Source of the DNA: Gnetum montanum
Lineage: Eukaryota; Plantae; Gnetophyta
Direction of reading: 5' to 3'
NCBI GenBank assembly: GCA_015680685.1
Contig: MNCI01002105.1
Location: 1-64,000 of the forward strand
DNA: 64,000 nucleotides
Shown here: positions 1-11,078 of the stretch, in pieces
Position numbering within the stretch: the first letter of the stretch is position 1
Layout of the letters: each line of letters starts with the position of its first letter
Translations under genes and position numbers: made by a program
Notes under the pieces: generated by a model
What the model saw: only the letters and a program-made list of their open reading frames with translations
Told to the model about the DNA's origin: nothing
The model's database searches: none

Positions 1-1961
1 TAGGAATACATGGAATTTTCTATCTCTCCATAGTGATAGGTGCATATTTTATGTTTTGTGTTGGAGTGATAATGGTTATTGGGTTTTGTGTAGGATTAGC
101 AGACATTGTTTATGTGAGGAAGGACATTGCACCAGATTGACCTTGCACTATGCTTGATGAGCTAGTAGGTCTACTAGTTTTATTCATATGTGTGGGAACT
201 ATTCTAAAGAAAGGACATTTCCAAGAATTATTCTCAAATCTACTAACATTATTATTCACTTACATGTTCATGGCTTAAGTGGCACTCATTTGTTGAGCAT
301 GTGGTGCCAATCCTCCTTGCATTGTTGGTGGTGACACTTATTAAAGGGAAGTATGAGAGTATTGAGGATGTGATAGATGATAAGAGGCATGGGATGGTGA
401 TCCCATAAGAGATGTTGTGGGTTGATGATATTTATAAGAATAGTAGTAATAAGTTGAGGCATGGGAAGTGGAACCATTAGGAGAAATAGATTGTTGAACA
501 TGATATCCATAAGGATCTCGCTAGCGATAATGGTATTGCTAGTTTGTTGATGACATCCCCCAAAATTGTGGGTCTGGCCACTATGGTTGAGAGTAGTTTA
601 AAGGTTGATACGAAGTCCTACTAGGATAGTACCATTGGTTATAGGACCATCTATAATTACCTTATGGGTAAGGAAATCTCTTAGGCATCTACTTTTCTAT
701 GATCTTGGGATTCAAAGCAAAAGCTCCAAACTCTTGTAGATGTAACATAATTGGGCAATAGCCCTTTGGATGTTGATATTAACAAATGTTACATCCATCC
801 TCCTGCTATGTGTTCGAGTCTACAACCTCTTCTACTAAAACTATTTTCTTTTTTTACCAATAAGTGTCCTTGCTTGTTTTCTTGTTCTTTTTTCTCTTCT
901 TATTTTAACCACTTGATTGTATTTGCTTTACCTTCTCCTCTATGATTTTCAAGTTGGTTGTAACTTTTTTATTTATCAAATCCCACATATTATTTTCCCT
1001 TGCTTCATTCTTAGAGATAGACTTTTGTATTTGGTAAGGTTTTGTATGAAATCCAGTTATCAAGAGGTACCTCTTTTTCCTTCTTACAAAGGGTTGGATC
1101 CTAGCTACATTTCTCTATGCTCTCCCTTTTACACAGCTCTTCTTCTTCTTCTTCTTCTTTTACCACATATTCAATTAACCTTTGTTTCTAATGGACTCTT
1201 AATTCTAATAATCCTCCTTGGACATAGATCCCCAAGATCTCCCTCATTTTATTATGAAGCCCATCTATGATGTGATAAAGCTACTCGTTTTGAGAAACTT
1301 CATGGCATGGACATCTATGCAGTAGAGAATACTATTTTTCCAAGGCTAAATCTAAGGATTCATGATTTGTTTTCTTTCATCCTTGGATTTATTTTCTTAG
1401 AATAAACATTCTTGAATAAGTTGGGTATTTCTTTTGAAGAGCTTAAGCATTATGGAGCACTAGTAGATTGAATCTAGTTCCAATAATGTATACCAACTTT
1501 CAACTTCTTCTATTAGTGTTCTAGGAAAGAGCTTAAGCTTTTTCCACTTATTTTCAATACTTTGCAAGATGCAGGAATCATGGAAAGCTTGTAAATGATG
1601 TTATGGATTAGAATTATAGTCTTCCCTAAATCTAGGAATGTTATTCTATCAAGCCATTTGATGCGGATTTCCCTTTGATGCTTATGGGGTATTCTAATTG
1701 CCTCCCTAATCTGTATCATGCTTTTAGTAGCCAATATGTATTAATCATCATTAGACATGTTGTGGTTATTATCTCTATTTCTATTTGTTTAATAGTGATG
1801 GTCTTGTCTATGCTCCCTTTGATATCATGTAGCTTGTCTTTGATTTCCATTTCTATCTTCATCTCAACCCTTTAGTATATCACTATATCCATACCTATGT
1901 TCATCTTTTTCAAAACTAAACATTGAAGATGAAGGGGAAGATGGAAAACTGGAAGAATCAC
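1..1961 (-). pseudogene. gag: Degenerate gag of element B (downstream part)
   Basis: Reverse complement aligns with gag of A and C (for example the region encoding ...HLQAFHDAC..., ...LFPR...). Many in-frame stops. Confidence 0.75.
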
Positions 1962-2800
1962 TGATGAGTTGTATTTAGAAAAGCTACATCGATAAGCATG
2001 GGTCAATGCAACCCCGTTCACATATTCCCATTGACGCATGGTTAGATGTGTTGATGCTAATGCAGGCAAGGCCTATATAAATGCATGCACCAACCACATT
2101 TATGATATCTTAGATTCATAGCATAGTGAAGCCCTTCTAGTTTCATTTCTACAAAGTTAGAATAGTTTCCCTTTTAATGCTTGTACTATGAATTAAAGAG
2201 ATTATATAGTACTTTATTTGAACACCATGTACCTAAATGCATTGGCATGAATGACAACAAAGTCAAGATTTCATATATTCATTACAACACTTACACTAGA
2301 TTACTCTTTACATTTAGCACTTTACCTTCAATGTAATTTACATGATAATTTTAATTAATTAATATAATTCATCATAAAAAATGTAAGCATGGCCACTTAA
2401 AGCATGACTTATTGCACATGGTAATTCCAGTAGTGGCCATTTGATACACCTAGTAATAGCCAATAACATTGAATCGTTACTCTATGTTAGGATAGTTGGG
2501 TACCATATTAGTTAAGTAGTTAAAGAATTAATTGTTAAATCTTTATTCACTCATCTAGTTACTAAGATAAAAATATATAAAAATACTTATAAAAAATAAA
2601 CAGCATGTGCCTTAACTCACATTTAATCATACGTACTAATAACAAAAGTGTGAGTTAGGAAGAAAATGATTATATGATTGCTTGCTTCACAGTTTAAGAT
2701 TATAAGCAATTTAGGAACTAAGTCTACAAAATTTGACCAGATCGTTAGTGAACACTTGTGATTCATATGGTTGGACATAGAAGAGACTGACTACTCATCA
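1962..2800 (+). repeat. 5' LTR of element A
   Basis: Starts TGATGAG, ends CTCATCA, TATA-like TATATAAA near 2074. Aligns with 14154-15076. Confidence 0.9.
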
Positions 2801-2801
2801 T

Positions 2802-2819
2802 TGGCACCATTGTTAGGAA
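2802..2819 (+). promoter_or_regulatory. Primer-binding site of A (Athila-type, tRNA-Asp)
   Basis: TGGCACCATTGTTAGGAA is a deaminated form of the consensus TGGCGCCGTTGCCGGGGA and lies directly after the LTR. Confidence 0.8.
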
Positions 2820-2973
2820 CTTTATTTAGCTAATATGCTAATTAGTAGTAGAATGTGAAGTTATACAAAGACGTTCTAAAGATAACACAACAACACAACC
2901 AACTATCATCCAATACAAAAAATAATTAAAGCAATAAAATATCAAAGGTACATTGTTTTTATATACAACTAAT

Positions 2974-5900
2974 ATGGCTTGTACTTGTAGGGATGACTTT
3001 CCACCAAACATAGTAGAATCCAATCAGTAACAAGGGGTACCAAAGAGGCCCCAACAACTTTGAGTTATCTATGCTTATTCTGATTCTTCTAATTCGAATT
3101 TCACTTTCATCCTTCATCAAGATGAATAGATGTGCTAGAGGAATAGGGAAAGAAACATTATGTTATCTCCTAATTAATCTATTCCTTCCATGCTAATGAC
3201 CATTCTCGTCAAATTAGGCATCACTACACTGAACTTAGAATATGAAGTCAAAGACTGTACTTACAAGGACTATGACCCTATAGATGCCCAATGTAAGAAA
3301 GATCGACATATCGAAGTGCATTATGAGGCCTTTAAGAGTAAGAGGATCTTGATGCAATTATTCTTATAACATCATAAAGAGGATGATGATTTCTTTTCTA
3401 GCGAATCCCAATATATATATTCTCCTCCTTTCTTTGATGAGGAAGCCCTTCACAATGGTTACAGTCAACTTTGAAAAACCTTAGTGATGGAAAGATAGGG
3501 TTTCATGAGCAAGGAGCCTCAAAGGATAGAAATTCTAGTCATTCACTTAAAGGCAAGGAGAATGATGACTAGAAGGACAAAGAAAAATAGATAGACTAGG
3601 GTAGTGACCAAAGGAGAAGGACTACTAGCCATCATTTGTCTAGTTCTCCTTCTTCACCCTCAACATCCTCTTCATCATAAAACTCTAATAAGAGAAGCCA
3701 AAGCCAAGATAAAAGGAGGAATATTCAAGATTAGGATGAAGATGAATAGTAGGATAAAGATAAACAAAGATCCTACCATGATGATCAAGATGGGAGATGG
3801 AGACAATCATAATATGAAGAAGAGAACCATCAAGAGTGAAGGCACAACAAAACTCATCATAGACATCATGACAATGAAAGGGGTCACCATGAATAACATG
3901 ACTATGATGAGCCTCTACTAGCTACTAGAAACATTATCAATATTTTAGAGGTAGTGAAAATTCCTATAAGGCTTCAGAAAGATAGTAGGATTAAAAGGTT
4001 GAATATGAACAATATCTCCAGGCTTAAAGGAGGATATAATGTAAATCCTCAAAATCATCTTCAAGCCTTTCATGATGCCTATGCCTTTCAAAATATAAAA
4101 AATAAATGAAAAATGCTTAAATTATTCCTAAGGATATTCATTAAAGAAACAGAAAGTTAGTACCGATCCTTGAAACTAGAATCCATTTGTTGATGGATTT
4201 CCATGTTGGAACTCTTCAACCACAAGTACTAAATGTACTCAAGAGTGTCTAACTTGTGGAGGAAGATCTAAGAATGGAAACAAGAAAATCATGAGTCCTT
4301 GGATGTACCCCTAGGTAGGTACTACTCTTTGTTGCATCGATGCCTAGGCCATGGATACTCCCAAAGGGATCAACTTCACCACATCATAGATGGAATTAGA
4401 TATAAGATAAGGGAAACCCTTGGGATCTATTCCTAAGGGAGATTTTCTAAAATGCAGGCTCATAAAATTCAAAAGCTAATTGAACATGTGGTTAAAAAAG
4501 AAGGGGAGCTAAAGAAACTTGAAAGTTGAAATGAGTATAATAAGGATCCTTCCATTAGCAGAATGGAGATGTGTTTTTGTGATTCAGAGGAAAAGCCATT
4601 GCTTAATGAAGTGGGCAAAGAAAGACCTTGCTAATACAAAAATCTATCTCTGAGATATTGGCTAAAGTGAAAAAAATGTGTGACTCCTTAAATGAGAAGC
4701 TCTAAAAAGCTCTAAAAATTAGAGAATAAAGAATGGATCAAGGAAGTAGTGGTCACGACATAGGAAAAAAATAGGATACAAAAAAGGATTACCATTAAAA
4801 AAGGATAAAGTTGCAGCAATCGAAGAGGTTGTAGATTTCAAAATAGATTATGATGAGTACAAAATCTACCAATATGAACATCTTAAGGGATGTTTCCACA
4901 TCTACAGGAGTTTGGGATGTATGCATTAAATCCCAAATTTGCAAAATGGCAAGTACCTAGGTGATTGCCTTACCCACAAGGCAACTACAAGCAGCAAATC
5001 CACCAATGAATGTATTATCCAAGTGGAGTACCTCCTCAACCTTAGTAGAAATACCAGTATTGGAAACATCTACAATCTTGATGGATGCCACCACCATGGT
5101 AATTGTATCCTTACAAATAGCTAGATCCATATGGATATTATGTCCATCAGCCTATATCCCCTCATGACTCATATAGCCATGCCTCCTTTTCTCATCATCA
5201 CTACCCTATAGAATATTACAAAGCATCTTCTCCAAGAGGGAAGTATCCTTCTCATTTTCATCCTCCATATCTCTCAATAGCTCTTTCACCAATAAGTACC
5301 ATACCCTTACTACCTGCTTTAGCTATGCAAGGAAAAATTCCACTATAGTAACAAAATGCTACAAGGGAAGTAAACTTATAGGCAAATATTCATCCAAGTG
5401 GTTTTGAATAGAAAACTCACAAGAGATCATTCTTTAGAATAAATAGACCCACAAAATCCTCACAAATGCCTATGGTTGCTAACTATACCTTATCTACCTT
5501 TGAAAGTATCCTGGGGCTACCTTAAAATCAAAGGATCTCCAATGTCCACATTATTATGTTGACTAATGTGATCATAGATTAAATAAATGTTGGTCACCTT
5601 CTTGGAAAATAATCTGATCCTGGGAGTCCCCTCATTTATTTGTAAATTGTAGAGAATGGTCCATGTAAGGCTTTGTTGGACTCAAGTTTTGGCATGAACT
5701 TAATCTTTCAAGAAATGTACAAGACTTGGAACTTGCCTCCTCTTAGAAAGAGCAATATTAGACTAAAGTTGGTAGATCAGTCCATCACTATTCCTTTGGA
5801 GTTAGCAGAAGACATTGTGACCATCATCTATGAATGGTTATATCTTGCAAATTTCCTTGTAGTTCATGTAGAAAATTATAAGGAGGACTTCCCTATCATT

Positions 5901-8900
5901 AAGGAAAGGGCATGGCCAAGTACTATAGATGCCAAGATGGGGATTCAAGACCTTTCCTTGGAAATTTCCAAGGAAAATGAATTTAGCAAACTAAAGAAGA
6001 AGAGGTTTCTGTGCATTACATACAGTGACATAGGGTGCCATTTCATGTAGAAAATATAAATGGTAAAAGGTATATCTATTCTAGCATGTAATTTGTGTGC
6101 CAAAACAACAATCATTCAAAGTGCCTCTATGTAGAAGCTAGAAAAAGGAAAGGTACCCAATGACTAAATCAGAATATCAAGCTAAATCTATAATATGCAT
6201 GGAATCATTGGAGAGCCTCACGAGTGCCTACATTAAGAACATGAATGAAATGGAGTAGCTTCATAGTTAACCCTTCCAAACATAAAATGAAATGGATTAG
6301 GAAGAATTGGAAATCATAGATCATTTCAAGCAAGATCCCTTTGAATTGAAAACTTTACTAGAAACCTTGGAATATGCTTTTCTTAACAATGGAAAGCCAA
6401 TAATCATTAATGCCAACCTTGCTTAAGATTAGAAAAAGAAGCTATTAAAGATGATAAATAAGTGGTCAACAACCTTTGCTTGGTCCATGAATATGCTAGC
6501 ACCACATCTTTAGAAACTCTTCCATCAAACCAAAAAGATAATCATAGAAAAGTTTGAATCTAGAACTAAAGCAAGTTATCAAGAAAGAAGTAGAATAACT
6601 TCTCAAGGTCTGTGTCATATTGTGAATAGCGATGGATTAGCCCACTTGTCATTATATCTAAGAAAGAAGAAAAGTGAAGAGTCTACATAGACTTTAGGTT
6701 GTTGAACATGGCAACTTTCAAAGATCATTTTCCATTCTCATTTATTGACCAAGTGTTGGACACCATTGCAATACATTGCTATTACAACTTTTTGAATGGT
6801 TATAGTGGCTATAACCAAATCTAGATCACACTAGAGGATGAGGTCAAAACAACATTCACAAGTCTCTGGGAAACATTCGCATATAGATAGATGTCCTTTA
6901 ACTTGTGCAATGCTCCTGCTACTTTCCAATGCCTGGTGCTCAACATCTTTTAATAGTAGATTGGTAGTAAGGTAGAAGTCTTTATAGATGACTTCTCCAC
7001 TTATGGGAATACTTTTGAGCAAGCCTTGGACCATCTTAAGCAACTTCTTCAACAATTTATGGAGACTAATCTAAAGCTCAATTGGTAAAAAAGCCACTTG
7101 ATGATTCAAGAAGGCATAGTTTTGGGATACTAGATTTTAGAGAAATGGATTGAGATGAATCTAAAAAAGGTATAAGTCATCCAAGGAATCACTAGAAAAC
7201 CTAAAATGATAAAATATGTAAGGTCATTTCTTGGTCGTACTAGTTATTATGGACACTTCATTGAAAATTTCTTGAAAATTACTAAGTTATCACTTAAGCT
7301 GATAAAGAAGAATACATCCTTCAACTCCCATTCTACATGCTCCCAATTAGTCAAGACTCTTCCACATCATGATGAATGCATCTAATTTTTTCTTGGGAAT
7401 CATACTTACATAATTGAATGATCAAAAACATCCTTACTACATCCATTATGTAAACAGAAGCATTGTCAAGGCACAATTGAACTACACCACCACAAAGAAG
7501 GAGCACATGGTAGTGATGTATGCCTTAGAGAAATTTAGGCATTATGTGCTTGGATATAAAATATTTTGTGCACACAAATTAGTATCATTAGATTCCTCAT
7601 GAATAAGCTAGGAATGAGCCCCCATGTGATATAGTGACTAGTGATTCTATAGGATTTTGACCTTATGATGGTGGACATAAATGAAACTAAGAACATGGTT
7701 GCTAATCACTTGTCTTAGTTATGATGGAATTGCAAAGAGGATGAGGGGCCTTTTTTTGATCAATTCCTAGATGAAATTCTATTTACAAAAGTTGTTGAAG
7801 TTCATAATTCCATAGGTCCTAATTAGTATGATGAATTCCTCTCTTATCTACTCACTCAAGAGGCTCTTGAGGAATGGGACAATGGGAAGAAATAATAGTT
7901 TCTTCATAAAGCCAAGCATCACATGAAGATTAAAGGTAATATTTATAAGGTTTGCACTAATGGCTTGGTATGATGATGCATGCCTAATGCTAATCAACTA
8001 TAGATCCTCTAGGATGCTCATGAAGGTCCTTGCAAGGACCATTATATGGAAAGGAGGATAGCTATGAAAATTATCATGGAAGTATATTACTAGAAAACAA
8101 TTTTTAGGGATGTCCATCAGTTTTCCTATTCATTTAAGAGATGCCAAAGAGATTGAGGAATGACCATATGAATGGAAGAGTCCCAACAGTGAATTCAATC
8201 ACTAGAGCCTTTCAACCTTTGGGGCATTGACTTTGTGGGGTTCATCAACATGATGTCCAATGGGAGGACATACATCATCCTAGCATTTGACTACTACATC
8301 AAATGGGCCAAATTTTTATCCACCACTAACTATTTATCTTCTACTATATGATGGTTTGTTCAACAAAGTATGTTAAATAGGTTTCGCATGCCAAGGACAC
8401 ATATTTCTAATAATGGAACTCAATTCATGAGTGCTACTTTTTGAAAACTAATGCAATGCTTAGAGGTAAAACATAAATTAACAACTCCTTATCATCCTTG
8501 AGCTAATGGGCAAGTTGAAGTTACTAATAGAGAATAAGCAAGATTCTAACATGCACCAGTAGTAAATATAACAAAGACTAGAGCAAAAAACTCAACAATG
8601 GTCTATGGGCTTGTCGATACAACTGGAAACTTCTTATTGGCTATTCTTCCTATGACTTAGTGTATGAAAAATTACCAATCCTTCTAATCTAAGTTGAGCT
8701 CCATACACTTTCAATAGATTTTGAGCTTTATCTTAATCTAAGTCTTGCATAAAAGGAATGCTTAATGATACTAAATGTGCTAGATGAGAATTGACAAGTA
8801 GCTATATCCTTGAATGAAGTACACTAGGCACATGCCAAACAAGATCATGATGCATGGATAAGGAGAGCTAAATTCCAACCAAGTGATAAGGTTATTTACT

Positions 8901-9170
8901 GGAATCCCATGCATGTACCATAATATACAAATTTTTAAACATTATGGGAAGAATCTTATATCATTCATACAAATTTTTCTTCTAGGACCATGATAATTAA
9001 CCATCCTTCAAACCCAAAAAAATAGTTACTAGTCAACATCCAACAAATAAAGCCTTTACTAGAACATAGCATAATTGATGACACTAACACTTCAACTAAT
9101 GGAAAAGCATGCTCTATTTTTCAGATCTCCTCTCTTCAACTCAATTATGGGGGAGATGGCCACTCATGTT
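2974..9170 (+). pseudogene. gag-pol: Degenerate gag-pol of A (gag about 2974-5400, protease about 5620-5970, RT about 6540-7130, RNase H about 7340-7720, integrase about 7800-9070)
   Basis: Translations include CKALLDSSFGMNLI (protease), KDHFPFSFIDQVLD, GYSGYNQI and VFIDDF (RT), LNYTTTKKEHMVVMYALEKFRHY (RH), WGIDFVG and TPYHP*ANGQVEVTNRE (INT). Many stops and frameshifts. Confidence 0.92.
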
Positions 9171-10589
9171 AATCTTCTATGTAAGCTATCCAATTTTTCA
9201 CTTCTTGGTTTTACATCATTCTTTATATGTTTTTCACTTTCTATGATATTTTAATATTTATTTTCCATCTTTTATTTTGTTTGTATCATTTATTTTATGT
9301 GTTTTTTTATATGAAATCTTGAGCTTTTTCACTACCTATTGCTACTACTAGAAGTTAATTAATGCAAATTTAATGTTATGATTGATCATTAAATGACACA
9401 ATTTCATCTTGGGATTATGTCCTCAATTAAGAAATTGTTGATTTTCTGACAATATTAGGTAGTGAGTACACAACATCCATCCATTTCATCAAATACTATG
9501 AGGCTCTACATGGTGAAAGCATAAGGTCCTTCCATAATTAAAACCTAAAGTAATTAATGATCTTGTTACATAATAAACTCGAAATGGGCTAAGTGGGAAT
9601 GGAAAAAGATGTGACTTTAAGGGGATCTATCATCTTTTTTTCCCAATTACTTTATTAAGTTTTATGATTTTTCTCCTTTGATCTCTCACCACTACTATGG
9701 TTGATCATAACATAAATCATGTTTTGCATGATGTGGTTTTTATTGAAAAAAAACCATGGAAATTCAAAGCACAACCCTTAGATAAAATAATGAACTATAA
9801 GCTTATGGGGCTAGAAAGACATGTTAACCATGCCTGAAAACACCCCTTTAACTAAGGCCCTTCATATCTTCTTAACTTTATCTTCTTCTTTTCTTAGAGT
9901 GGTGGTTATTCTTTAGGGATTATCATGAACTCTTGATTGTTGAAAGATTAGAAAATGGTACTGTAAAGTCACTAATCATGGTTGGACTTGTTCTCAATTG
10001 AGGATGGAATGGTATCAAATCATCTTAATTAAAAATTCCACAAGGATTCACATGATCATGATGAAAATATCTTATTCATTCTCTCTCTTTTATCATTCTA
10101 ACCTCATCATCAACTACCTCACTACCTCCTATCAAGGTCAATTGATGTGTCTATTATGGCACATGACATAATCCCCTAATGATCTCTTCTGTGGATTCAA
10201 TTTTTAACCTCTAATGACCATTCATCATCCTTGAGGCCTATGGACTCCTTGGGATGAGGGTATGCAAGGGAATTATTGACATAAGCTTACTTTTGGGAGG
10301 ACCCACTTACATATCCCTTGGCCTTTTTAAGTTAAACTTCCTATCCCTTAGTACTTTTTGCAATCAATCTCATCACCGTACATTCTTAAACTTCCATTTT
10401 TGCTTTCCTTTGGCATTATTTGCTCATCTAAATCCTCTCTTAAGAACTTATAATCCTCTTCTATGTTTTTTCCATCCTTCTATACCTTTCTACCTTCCAT
10501 TGGGCTCTTTTTTCATATCTAAACTCATCCAAGCTTGTTTTTCAGTTGCAACAATTTGGCTCAAACAACTATGTCAACACATTTTTATC

Positions 10590-10800
10590 GATGTAGTGAA
10601 ATTTGTCAACACATCCCCATCGATGTAGTGGGAAAAAACTATGTATCTATAAAACTTAGTCATTTTTCATATCATTTTCGATAAATGCAAGAGTTTTTCA
10701 ATTTTTTTAGAGCCCAAAAACCTTCCAAGAGCCATAACTCTCAAACTGCTAACCTGTTTCACCCCATTTTTCAATCCTAAAACTATCAAAGGTAAGCTTT
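10590..10800 (+). promoter_or_regulatory. Putative internal promoter of A's env-like gene
   Basis: Two ATCGATGTAGTG motifs, TATAAAA at 10648-10654, consensus donor AAG/GTAAGC at 10792, upstream of the ATG at 11079. Confidence 0.45.
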
Positions 10801-11078
10801 ATGTCGTAGGAGTCATAAATCTTTGGTTTCTTTTAGAAAAGTTTTCAAAATTTTCCTAACTTCTCAAGGTTTACTCATTAAAATAATATTAAATTACTCA
10901 TTCCAAGTAGGTTAAACCTAACAAAAAACTCTAGTACCTAATCAAGAAAATAATATTAAAATAATATAACTTACCAAGATAAAAAAAAGCCTAAGTATAA
11001 CTTGATCTAATAAGGTATCAAAAAGAACTCAGGGTTATAAAGAGAAAATATAATCTTGGGTTATGTTTGTGATCATAA

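Noticed and set aside
1961-1985. CTGATGAG...GAAA, resembling a hammerhead ribozyme core
   Set aside because: There is no stem II pairing. It is the LTR terminus TGATGAG preceded by a flanking C from the TSD.
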